A stretch of 64,000 bases of DNA from Candidatus Omnitrophota bacterium (GTDB lineage: Bacteria > Omnitrophota > Gorgyraeia > Velamenicoccales > JABMQK01): the NCBI GenBank assembly GCA_028711115.1, contig JAQTSV010000001.1, positions 198,032 to 262,031 of the forward strand, written 5' to 3'. Positions 1 through 8,533 of this stretch are shown here, in pieces. Every line of letters begins with the position of its first letter. The first letter of the stretch is position 1. The position numbers and the translations under genes were made by a program. The notes beneath the pieces were generated by a model. That model ran no database searches. It was given only the letters and a program-made list of their open reading frames with translations, and had not been told where the DNA came from.

Positions 1-1767
1 CATTCGGCAAATGCAGAAGTGGTTAATGATTCTTTGATTCTGAGGATTAAAAAAGATGATTTTGATTTTATTTTAAAGAAAATGCCCAAGCTGGCCATAG
101 GCCTTAGTATGACTTTGTCGCAACAAATCAGAACCAGGGATTATTTAAAAGGTGCGGTGAGAAGCAATATCATCTCTGTATACAGCGCAGTAAGCGGCAT
201 AGGCTGCACAATGTATGCGATTAATCTGGCTATAAGCTTAAAAAGAGAAACCGGCAAAAAGGTTATTTTTGTAGAAATCAGCCATAGCGATAAAGAGATG
301 TTTAAGATTTTAAATATTGAGAAAGCAAATGATCCTCTCAATCTAAAATATTCAATATTACAAAAGGATGTGATTAATAAATTTATTATTAAAAACCCAG
401 GTTTAGACATAGATTTCTTAGATATTGTCCATAGTCCGCAAACAGGCGAGACTACGCAGATTAGTTCTGTATTAAGCCTGCTTACGAATGATTATCAGTA
501 TGTCATTGTGGATCTGCCACTGGAGAGAAGCGAGGTTGTATTTAAAGCTTTAACACAGTCCGACGCTGTCCATGTAATTACAGATTATGATGAGCAAAAC
601 CTAAAATCTACAAGAGAACTAATGTCTGATTTATTCAAAAATGTCGAATACCCGCAGGAAAAGATTAAAGTCATTCTGAATGAAAGAAAAGATTCCAAGA
701 AAATTGCGCATGATGAAATAGTACGGATTTTAGACCATGACGTGTTTGCCAATATTCCTGTGTGGTGGGATGCCGCAGATAAGATAAATGAATCTTCGAT
801 AAAAGTAGTCTTGACACAGCCGGATTCCGAATACGCCAGGGCGATAAGGAGAATAGCCAGGCAGATAGGAGGTGTTTTGGTGGGGCTGGCCTTGGGTAGC
901 GGTGCTGCACTGGGGCTTGCCCATATCGGAGTTATAAAAGTTTTGGAAAGAGAGAATATCCATATAGATTTGGTGGCTGGTGTCAGCATCGGTGCTTTGA
1001 TAGCGGCGCTTTGGGCAAGCGGAAAAAGCGGCAAAGAGATAGAAGAGATCATGATGGAATACAACAAAGACAAGACGAAGGTATTTAAATTATTGTTTGA
1101 TTTCTGTTTTTCCAAGGCATCCATAGCCGAAGGCAAGAGGGTGACAAAATTTTTAAAAAGGCATATGGGCGATAAGACATTCTATGATATAAAACTTCCG
1201 CTAAAAGTAGTCGCCTGCAATTTAGACAGGCGGGAGAAGGTTATATTGGATTCGGGAGATTTGGTAGATGCCGTAAGAAGCAGTGTGGCTATACCGGGAA
1301 TCTTTAAGCCCGTGCGCTCAGGCGATAATTTAATTATTGACGGCGGGATTATGGAGCCGGTTCCCGTAGAAACTTTAGCAGAATCAGGCATTAAAAAGAT
1401 TATCGCCGTAAACGTATTGCCGGCTCCTCAGGATATCCAGGAAGGATATAAAAATTACAAGTATTGTCTGGAGAAAGAAAAGCTAGACATGCAAAAACGC
1501 AATTTTATTTTTAAGATTTTCTACCGAATCCGCCTTTGGTTCAGAAGGATTATATTCCATAGTATTTTTGACATAATGGTTAATAGCATCTTAGCAATGG
1601 AATATGCCATGGCCAAAGAAAGTTGCCGTAAAGCGGATGTAGTCATAAATCCTATTGTCCCTGGGACAGACTGGTTTGAGTTCTTTAAGACAGAGGCCTT
1701 GATAAAGAAGGGAGAGCTGGAAGCAGAAAAAGCTCTGCCCCAGATTAGAAATCTTATTAGCCAATAG
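1..1767 (+). CDS. cNMP-binding / degenerate ParA-MinD-like / patatin-like phospholipase fusion protein (5' end off-window)
   Basis: The frame is open from nt 1 (HSANAEVVND...), so the listed GTG at 19 is probably internal. LILRIKKDDFDFILKKMPKL looks like the end of a CRP-type cNMP-binding domain. NIISVYSAVSGIGCTMYAINLA...YVIVDLP looks like a ParA/MinD fold that has lost the Walker-A lysine. GSGAALGLAHIGV, GVSIG and IIDGG are the patatin oxyanion, GxSxG and DGG motifs. Confidence 0.75.
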   Translation, partial: HSANAEVVNDSLILRIKKDDFDFILKKMPKLAIGLSMTLSQQIRTRDYLKGAVRSNIISVYSAVSGIGCTMYAINLAISLKRETGKKVIFVEISHSDKEMFKILNIEKANDPLNLKYSILQKDVINKFIIKNPGLDIDFLDIVHSPQTGETTQISSVLSLLTNDYQYVIVDLPLERSEVVFKALTQSDAVHVITDYDEQNLKSTRELMSDLFKNVEYPQEKIKVILNERKDSKKIAHDEIVRILDHDVFANIPVWWDAADKINESSIKVVLTQPDSEYARAIRRIARQIGGVLVGLALGSGAALGLAHIGVIKVLERENIHIDLVAGVSIGALIAALWASGKSGKEIEEIMMEYNKDKTKVFKLLFDFCFSKASIAEGKRVTKFLKRHMGDKTFYDIKLPLKVVACNLDRREKVILDSGDLVDAVRSSVAIPGIFKPVRSGDNLIIDGGIMEPVPVETLAESGIKKIIAVNVLPAPQDIQEGYKNYKYCLEKEKLDMQKRNFIFKIFYRIRLWFRRIIFHSIFDIMVNSILAMEYAMAKESCRKADVVINPIVPGTDWFEFFKTEALIKKGELEAEKALPQIRNLISQ

Positions 1768-1787
1768 CCCTACCTTTTATTTTAAGG

Positions 1788-2753
1788 ATGCATAACCAAA
1801 GATTAAATTATCTAAAAGTCTGCCTTAATTATAATTGTAATTTTAATTGCCTGTTCTGTTGTTCCCCGTTTAAAGAAAGGTTATTATCCAAAGAAAATAT
1901 CTTAAATATCGACGAGATGTCTAAGTTGATAGACGGGTTTACGCGTTTAGGCATTGAGCATATACGCATTGTAGGCGGAGAGCCATTATTGCGGGAAGAC
2001 ATTTTCGATTTTATTTATATGATTTCTTCTACCAAAAGACTTAAACAGATATCTCTTACGACCAATGGTTTTTATCTGAAAGATAAAGCCCTGGCGTTAA
2101 AAGGAGCAGGGTTAAACAGGCTAAATATTTCTTTAAGTTCATTGGATGAGGAAAAATTCAAGAAGATAACCGGCTTTGACGGTTTGGCTAGGGTAATGGA
2201 AGGAATATGTGCGGCCAAAGAAGCAGAGTTATCGCCCATAAGGATAAATGTCGTTTTATACAAAGGCCTGAATTCAGACGAGATAGAGGATTTCGCTGCA
2301 CTGAGCGTTCTTTATCCTTTGGATGTGCGTTTTATCGAATATTTTCCTAATTCCCAAAGCATAACTAATTTTAGAAGCGTTTATGTACCGGGTTATGTAG
2401 TAAAGAATAATATCGAGTTTGCTTTTGGGTCTTTGATTTCTGATAAAACAGATCCTTGCGAAGGCCCGGCCACTTATTATCGCATTAAAGATGCCCGCGG
2501 CAGAATCGGCTTCATAAATTCTGTAACCGAATTTTTCTGCGTTGATTGTAATACTCTTATGCTTCTTGAAGACGGAAAATTATTTCCCTGCCTGTATTCT
2601 TCCGGTTACATTGATTTAAGGGAGTCGTTGCGCAATTATGAATTTAAATTATTGTTGGATAAGATGCAGGATTGTTTTAAGATTAAACCGCATATCAATA
2701 GAAATATAACGGTAAAAAATTTGGAAGAATACTCGCCATATATTGAATATTAA
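1788..2753 (+). CDS. radical SAM protein, MoaA-like (GTP 3',8-cyclase family-like)
   Basis: CNFNCLFC is a CxxxCxxC cluster motif. IVGGEPLL is present. The C-terminal FCVDCNTLMLLEDGKLFPC resembles the second MoaA cluster. There is no terminal GG and no other Moco genes nearby. Confidence 0.6.
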   Translation: MHNQRLNYLKVCLNYNCNFNCLFCCSPFKERLLSKENILNIDEMSKLIDGFTRLGIEHIRIVGGEPLLREDIFDFIYMISSTKRLKQISLTTNGFYLKDKALALKGAGLNRLNISLSSLDEEKFKKITGFDGLARVMEGICAAKEAELSPIRINVVLYKGLNSDEIEDFAALSVLYPLDVRFIEYFPNSQSITNFRSVYVPGYVVKNNIEFAFGSLISDKTDPCEGPATYYRIKDARGRIGFINSVTEFFCVDCNTLMLLEDGKLFPCLYSSGYIDLRESLRNYEFKLLLDKMQDCFKIKPHINRNITVKNLEEYSPYIEY

Positions 2754-2778
2754 TGGCGATATAAACAAAATATCCATA

Positions 2779-3186
2779 ATGAGAAGATTTAATTTATTCA
2801 GGCGCAGACCAGGGTTTGTTTTATTCTTCAGCCTCATTATTTTTATTGCTGCGTGTTCTCAGCAGGACACAAATGTCTCTGTAAAATCACAAGCCAATGC
2901 GTTTTCCGCATCTATTGTCTTGGCCAAGGATTTTGCGCCGGGCCAATTAGAGGCACATTATTTAAAACATAAAGATGAATTCGGTAATATTACGCAGGAA
3001 GAATATCTGAATAATGCCAGGGCGCTGTTAAATTCTTCGACGGGAAAAAATGTTTTGGGGAAAACAAGAACCAACGGAGATATTTTGCGCTATAGAGTAA
3101 AGAGCGGTGAATTTGCAGTCATGGCCGGGGATGGGCGCATCCGGACTTATTTTAAAACCAATTATAAATATTGGCTGAGGCAATGA
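2779..3186 (+). CDS. hypothetical secreted lipoprotein
   Basis: Start re-chosen at MRRFNLFRRRPGFVLFFSLIIFIAAC, a signal peptide plus lipobox (IAAC). No family recognised. It overlaps the next gene by 16 nt. Confidence 0.4.
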   Translation: MRRFNLFRRRPGFVLFFSLIIFIAACSQQDTNVSVKSQANAFSASIVLAKDFAPGQLEAHYLKHKDEFGNITQEEYLNNARALLNSSTGKNVLGKTRTNGDILRYRVKSGEFAVMAGDGRIRTYFKTNYKYWLRQ

Positions 3187-3434
3187 ACAAACAATATATT
3201 TGTCCTGTTTGCGGATATGAAGGTTTGAAAGATCCGCCCTACAGCGAAACGCGGGAGCCCTCTTATGAGATTTGTCCCTGCTGCGGTTTCGAGTTCGGTT
3301 TCGATACAGAAAATTGTAAGGATAGTTACAGCAAATTTCGCTTAAAATGGATTGAGAATGGCGCCAGTTGGTTTTTACCCGATAAAAAACCCAAAGACTG
3401 GGACCTAAATAAACAGTTAAAAAATATCGGCTGA
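3171..3434 (+). CDS. small cysteine-rich zinc-ribbon protein (CPCC-type)
   Basis: CPVCGYEG ... CPCCGFEFG gives two CxxC pairs, matching my memory of the Cys-rich CPCC domain. Confidence 0.5.
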   Translation: MAEAMNKQYICPVCGYEGLKDPPYSETREPSYEICPCCGFEFGFDTENCKDSYSKFRLKWIENGASWFLPDKKPKDWDLNKQLKNIG

Positions 3435-3444
3435 TTATTTATCG

Positions 3445-4473
3445 ATGAAAAAAGATATAAAGACGCTCACCTTAAAAGAACTCGCGGGGCATTTAGAAGA
3501 GTTAAAGTATCCTAAATATCACGCCCAGCAGATATTTTCTTGGTTGTATCAGAAAGGCGCCGGTGATTTCTCTTCGATGAGCGATCTTTCTTTAAAATTA
3601 CGCAGAGACCTGGAGAAGGTTTTCTATATATCTAATTTTATCCTCAAAGAAAAATTAATCTCAAGAGACGGAACTATAAAGTATCTGTTTGAATTAGAAG
3701 ATAAAAATATTATAGAGTCGGTGTTAATCCCGCACACAGAAAGAAATACCGTCTGTTTATCGACGCAAGTAGGCTGTAAATTTAGCTGTCAATTTTGTGC
3801 CAGCGGAGCCCTGGGATTTGTACGCAATCTGAATCAGGCAGAGATATTAAACCAGATACTTTTTATAAAGAGCGATACAAAAGAAGATATTACCAACATA
3901 GTCTTTATGGGCATCGGCGAACCGCTGGATAACTATGACACTGTATTAAATTCAATTCGCGCAATTAATGCCAAATACGGTTTTAATATCGGTCAGAGGA
4001 AAATTACCGTATCCACTGCGGGAGTGGTAGAAGGGATAAAGAAATTATCCCGGGAAGGCCTGCAGATAGAGTTGTCGGTTTCTTTGCATGGCTCTACCGA
4101 CGGAAAACGTGACAAAATAATGCCTATAAACAAAAAATTTCCTTTGAAAAAACTTATTCCCGCTATAAAAGAGTTTGCAAAATTAACCAAGAGAAAAATC
4201 ACCTTTGAATATATGCTTTTAGGAGGATTTAATACTACGATTGAGGATGCGCGTCAATTGATATCGCTTACCAAAGGTATAAATTGTAAAGTAAACCTGA
4301 TACCTTTTAATGCCACAGGTCAGGGAGATTTTCTTTCTCCTGCAAAATTAGAGATGTTATTCTTCAGGGATCACTTATTAAAAAATAAGACAGATGTTAC
4401 AATAAGGCAACCGCGCGGACAGGATATACAGGCTGCCTGCGGCCAGTTGAGATTACGCCGTATAAACCAATAA
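3445..4473 (+). CDS. rlmN: 23S rRNA/tRNA adenine-C2 methyltransferase RlmN (radical SAM)
   Basis: Carries CKFSCQFCASG, GIGEPL and the C-terminal GQDIQAACGQL. Length of 342 aa is typical. Confidence 0.9.
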   Translation: MKKDIKTLTLKELAGHLEELKYPKYHAQQIFSWLYQKGAGDFSSMSDLSLKLRRDLEKVFYISNFILKEKLISRDGTIKYLFELEDKNIIESVLIPHTERNTVCLSTQVGCKFSCQFCASGALGFVRNLNQAEILNQILFIKSDTKEDITNIVFMGIGEPLDNYDTVLNSIRAINAKYGFNIGQRKITVSTAGVVEGIKKLSREGLQIELSVSLHGSTDGKRDKIMPINKKFPLKKLIPAIKEFAKLTKRKITFEYMLLGGFNTTIEDARQLISLTKGINCKVNLIPFNATGQGDFLSPAKLEMLFFRDHLLKNKTDVTIRQPRGQDIQAACGQLRLRRINQ

Positions 4474-4490
4474 AAATACAAGGAGTGATT

Positions 4491-4889
4491 ATGAGTAAAG
4501 AATTTTCTGCGGAAGTGCGCGTAACATACGCCGATACCGACCAGATGGGAGTTGTCTACTATGCGAATTATTTTGTGTGGCTAGAGATTGCCCGTACGGA
4601 ATTCCTGCGTTTTTTTGGCGTAGATTACCGTAATATTGAAAAAGAAAAGAAATTGGCTCTGCCGGTTATCGAGGCCTATTGTAAATATAAAGCCCCGGCG
4701 AGATACGATGAGATAATCGTGATTAAAACCAAGGTTACGCAGATAAAGAATTCTACCTTAAGGTTCGATTATGATATTTTTAGTAAAGATAGCAATGAGC
4801 TCCTGGCTGTCGCATATACAACACACGTTTTCATTGATAAACAGAGAAGGCCGGTAAGGATTCCGGAAGCTGTAAAAGAAATTCTGTAA
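4491..4889 (+). CDS. acyl-CoA thioesterase, YbgC/4HBT hotdog family
   Basis: VRVTYADTDQMGVVYYANYFVWLEIARTEFLR is the 4HBT signature. ATG at 4491 is preferred because AGGAG lies 5 nt upstream. Confidence 0.8.
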   Translation: MSKEFSAEVRVTYADTDQMGVVYYANYFVWLEIARTEFLRFFGVDYRNIEKEKKLALPVIEAYCKYKAPARYDEIIVIKTKVTQIKNSTLRFDYDIFSKDSNELLAVAYTTHVFIDKQRRPVRIPEAVKEIL

Positions 4890-4949
4890 AAATTAAATTT
4901 ATTTTATATAATTTACTTATGTTATAATAAAAAATAAGGTGTTTTCGAT

Positions 4950-6119
4950 ATGAAATGGAATTTATTTAATAAACAAATGTCTCGTCGGCAATTCTGCAAA
5001 CTCTGCCTGTACAGCGGTGCAACAATGGCGGTTTCGCCTTTGATTATGGATTTATTTAATACCAGCGTTCAGGCGAATGAAAACAATGCGGGCATGGGGT
5101 TTATCAATACTAAAGAAGCAATGTACTATGAAAAGATAGACGAGAAAACCATACAGTGCCATCTCTGCCCCAGGAATTGCGTGCTTTCAGACGGAATGCG
5201 CGGATTTTGCCGGGCCAGAGAACCAAAAGGTGGCAAACACTATTCGCTCGTGTATGGAAACCCCACGGCTGTTCACGTTGACCCTATAGAAAAGAAACCG
5301 TTGTTTCATTTCTTGCCGGCGACTACTGCATTTTCTATCGCCACCGCTGGTTGTAATTTCAGATGCAAGTACTGTCAGAACTGGCAGATTTCTCAATATG
5401 GTCCGGAAGAAACGGTAAATGACTATATGCCGCCCGAGGACGTAGCCAGACAAGCCAAAAGTTACAATTGTCCTACCATTGCTTATACCTATACTGAGCC
5501 GTCTATATTTTATGAATATATGTTAGATACAGCCAAGATTGCCAAAATTCAGGGCATAAGAAATATGTACCATTCAAATGGTTCTCTTAATCCTGAGCCG
5601 GCCGAGGAGCTTTCGCTTTATCTGGACGCTGCTGACATAGACTTAAAGGGTTTTACGCAGGAATTCTATAGCAGCGTTTGTGAGGGATATCTGGAAGCGG
5701 TTTTAAATACCTTGAAGATATTGAAGAAGAACAAGGTTTGGCTTGAGATTACCAATTTGGTAATTCCTACTTTGAATGATGATTTTGGCGAGATAAGAGA
5801 GATGTGCGTCTGGATAAAGGAAAATTTAGGGCCGGATACGCCTGTGCATTTTTCACGATTCGTACCGCAATATAAACTGACCAATCTTTACGCCACTCCC
5901 GTATCCACCATAGAAAAGGCAAGGGAAATTGCCATGGCTGCGGGGTTAAACTTTGTTTATATCGGCAATGTCCCCGGCAACCTTGCCGAATCCACATATT
6001 GCCCCAAATGCAAAAAACCGGTTATCCGACGGGTCGGCTATGCGGTTCTGGAAATTAATCTGGACAGCCAGGGCAGGAGCAAGTGCTGCGGTTATCCCAT
6101 ACCGGGAGTTTGGTCTTAG
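4950..6119 (+). CDS. AmmeMemoRadiSam-type radical SAM enzyme with N-terminal twin-arginine signal
   Basis: Carries CHLCPRNCVLSDGMRGFCRAR, DPIEKKPLFHFLP and GCNFRCKYCQNWQISQ. The N-terminus SRRQFCKLCLYSGATMAVSPL...VQA matches the Tat consensus S-R-R-x-F-L-K. Confidence 0.7.
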   Translation: MKWNLFNKQMSRRQFCKLCLYSGATMAVSPLIMDLFNTSVQANENNAGMGFINTKEAMYYEKIDEKTIQCHLCPRNCVLSDGMRGFCRAREPKGGKHYSLVYGNPTAVHVDPIEKKPLFHFLPATTAFSIATAGCNFRCKYCQNWQISQYGPEETVNDYMPPEDVARQAKSYNCPTIAYTYTEPSIFYEYMLDTAKIAKIQGIRNMYHSNGSLNPEPAEELSLYLDAADIDLKGFTQEFYSSVCEGYLEAVLNTLKILKKNKVWLEITNLVIPTLNDDFGEIREMCVWIKENLGPDTPVHFSRFVPQYKLTNLYATPVSTIEKAREIAMAAGLNFVYIGNVPGNLAESTYCPKCKKPVIRRVGYAVLEINLDSQGRSKCCGYPIPGVWS

Positions 6120-6139
6120 CAATAAAATTAATTGCCTTC

Positions 6140-8392
6140 CTAGTTTTTCAATAAACTAATCAAAATTAAACTGGATAATTTAATTGCTGCTAAGAATATG
6201 CAGGTTTGAGCGAGACCCAACACGGGAATTAGAATTATAGACACAACCAAAGCCCCTAACCATGAGCCCGCAAGGTCAAGCGCATAGAGGATTCCCGCAG
6301 TCTGGGTGGAATTTTTGATCTGATAGAGGCTGTTAGCCAGCGGAAATTCCGCGCCTACCAAAAACCCCGAAATCGCAGAAACGATGAAGAAGACATAGGA
6401 AATATTTGATTTAGACTTTTCCAAATAAATAAATATCGGCACAATAGCCAGAGAAAAAATAATCAGCCCTGATTCAAATAAGATAAAATTATTTTTTTTA
6501 TTTTTTATGTTGGCGATTTTTTTTGTCAAAAGCCAGCCGCCCAGAGTTAAACCCGCCATAAATGCAGTAATCAAAAGCGCAATGTGGTGATAGACGTATC
6601 CGTAGAATGACTGATAGGTGAAGATTATGATTAATTCATATGCCAGGCCAAGAAACCCTGTTGTAAGTATGGCATAGGGTATGCTTAGTCTTTTCAGACG
6701 GGAAGAAAGATAAGATAATAACAAAAATAAAACGCTCAATAAGATGACAGGTAAAAGCAAAATTTTCAGATTAACTTTTTCCACTACTTTAAAAAATCCG
6801 CTCAGATATGGCGAAAATAGCGCATCCCAATAACTAAGGCCGTAAAATAATCCTATGGGTAAAAACGATGTGTTATTTTTTACGCCCGCAGATTTAGCCA
6901 ATGTAGTATAAAACCAATCCTGCCATTGCCTGTCAAGGCGCTCTCGGATATGAAAAGGCGTAAGCAGGCGCGTGGAAATTCCTGTTTTATTCAGCCGCTC
7001 AGTGAATGTCTTAGCATCTATACTGAAATCACTCTGGCAAGCTAGATATAAATTGGCGTCTCCGGGGATAACTTTTACAAATTTAAATGTGCTTTTTAAG
7101 GTATTGAGTATAGAGAGGTTTAACTTTTGCAGTTCGGGGCTCAGGTAACTAAGAGAACCCGGCAAATTGAATATGAGCATACTGTGCGTATCCTCAAAGA
7201 CATTCTGTGCCAAGGCAAAGAATTCTTTGGTATAGAAACGATTTAGCTGAAAAGTAGCGGGGGGAGGCAGGTTTATAAATACGATATCGTAGCGCTGCGT
7301 AGTTGTTTTGATATATTTGACTCCGTCGGTAATTTTTATCGACAACCTTGAGTCATTAAATTCTTTTTCTGTCAAAGCCGTAGAATAACGTCTTACCATT
7401 TTTATTAATAAAGGGTCGAGCTCGGCGTAATCTATGTGCGTTACGGGATATTTGAGAATTTCAGCAATCGGTCCTCCTGCGCCACCGCCGATAACAAGTA
7501 TATTACGGGGATCGGCGTGGCTGAGCATGCCAAAATGTATGAATTCTTCGGTGGAGATTATATCAGGCACAGGGACAGTGATAATGGGAATACCGTCTGA
7601 AAAAAATGTATATTGTTCTTTTTCTTTGGTTACAGATATGTTTCCATAAATAGAGTTTTGGGAATTAATCAGCGTATATCCTTTCCACTGCTTTCTTAAG
7701 GAAAAACTATTGAGGCGGCCGGATAAATTTGATGATGTAGCCGACGCCACAATCCCGATAACCAAGCCAATAAAATAAATCAAAACTTTTTTCAGGAAAA
7801 ACCTCGGTGTTTTCTGCAATAACAATATGGCAGAGAATAGATTAAGCAAACTGATTATAAAAGCAATCTGGAAGGAATTCAATCTGGTTATGAACAGATA
7901 GGTAAATACCGGCCCGGCGATAATAAAACCAATCGCCTCAATTATGTAGACTGAGCCCGCAGATTCCGTCGGCCTTTGCGTATGGTCTTTCCAAATGCGG
8001 CAACCCAGAGGAAACTGCGCGCCAATAAATACATTTAAAGGAATTAATATGAAAAAAGAGGCGGCAAATACCGGTATTATGCCGACCGCTTCTCCTGCGG
8101 TTAATGGCAACAAGTTTCTCAAAATGCGTATCAAATAGATGCAAAAAGGCAGACAAAAGGCAATCAGGCATTGCAATGCACCGTAAGATAACAACGGCAT
8201 TTTATTTTTCTGACTGAACCTGGCGAAAAATCCGCTTCCTATAGCTACCAGTATGGTCCAGTTGCTTAAGATTAAGCCGATAGTGAATTCGTTGCCATAA
8301 AAACAGACAAGGAATTCACGGATTAAAAGAACCTGTGCCACCAAAGATGTAAAACCCATAAGCAGCAGTGCAAATATAAGCCTTTTCTTCAT
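6140..8392 (-). CDS. fused polytopic membrane / spermidine synthase-like protein
   Basis: Many TM segments flank a central domain with ILVIGGGAGGPIAEILKY and YDIVFINLPPP, a class-I SAM/dcSAM fold of the aminopropyltransferase type. Confidence 0.7.
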   Translation of the reverse strand: MKKRLIFALLLMGFTSLVAQVLLIREFLVCFYGNEFTIGLILSNWTILVAIGSGFFARFSQKNKMPLLSYGALQCLIAFCLPFCIYLIRILRNLLPLTAGEAVGIIPVFAASFFILIPLNVFIGAQFPLGCRIWKDHTQRPTESAGSVYIIEAIGFIIAGPVFTYLFITRLNSFQIAFIISLLNLFSAILLLQKTPRFFLKKVLIYFIGLVIGIVASATSSNLSGRLNSFSLRKQWKGYTLINSQNSIYGNISVTKEKEQYTFFSDGIPIITVPVPDIISTEEFIHFGMLSHADPRNILVIGGGAGGPIAEILKYPVTHIDYAELDPLLIKMVRRYSTALTEKEFNDSRLSIKITDGVKYIKTTTQRYDIVFINLPPPATFQLNRFYTKEFFALAQNVFEDTHSMLIFNLPGSLSYLSPELQKLNLSILNTLKSTFKFVKVIPGDANLYLACQSDFSIDAKTFTERLNKTGISTRLLTPFHIRERLDRQWQDWFYTTLAKSAGVKNNTSFLPIGLFYGLSYWDALFSPYLSGFFKVVEKVNLKILLLPVILLSVLFLLLSYLSSRLKRLSIPYAILTTGFLGLAYELIIIFTYQSFYGYVYHHIALLITAFMAGLTLGGWLLTKKIANIKNKKNNFILFESGLIIFSLAIVPIFIYLEKSKSNISYVFFIVSAISGFLVGAEFPLANSLYQIKNSTQTAGILYALDLAGSWLGALVVSIILIPVLGLAQTCIFLAAIKLSSLILISLLKN

Positions 8393-8533
8393 AACGTTTG
8401 TATTATATCACACATTAAGGTATTTTAGAATTTCACTTTAAGTCCATTTGCAATGTTTATATATTTAAAAATTAAGTTTTTTTATTTGTTATATAGAGCT
8501 ATAATTATATAATTAATACTATGCGGAGGACAG

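Noticed and set aside
585-1136. 183-aa minus-strand ORF and neighbours inside the patatin gene
   Set aside because: They are antisense to a frame carrying intact patatin motifs.
1788-2753. MoaA-like gene taken as evidence for a molybdenum-cofactor pathway
   Set aside because: No moaB/C/D/E or moeA genes are nearby, and the C-terminal GG of true MoaA is absent. I kept the call as a generic MoaA-like radical SAM.
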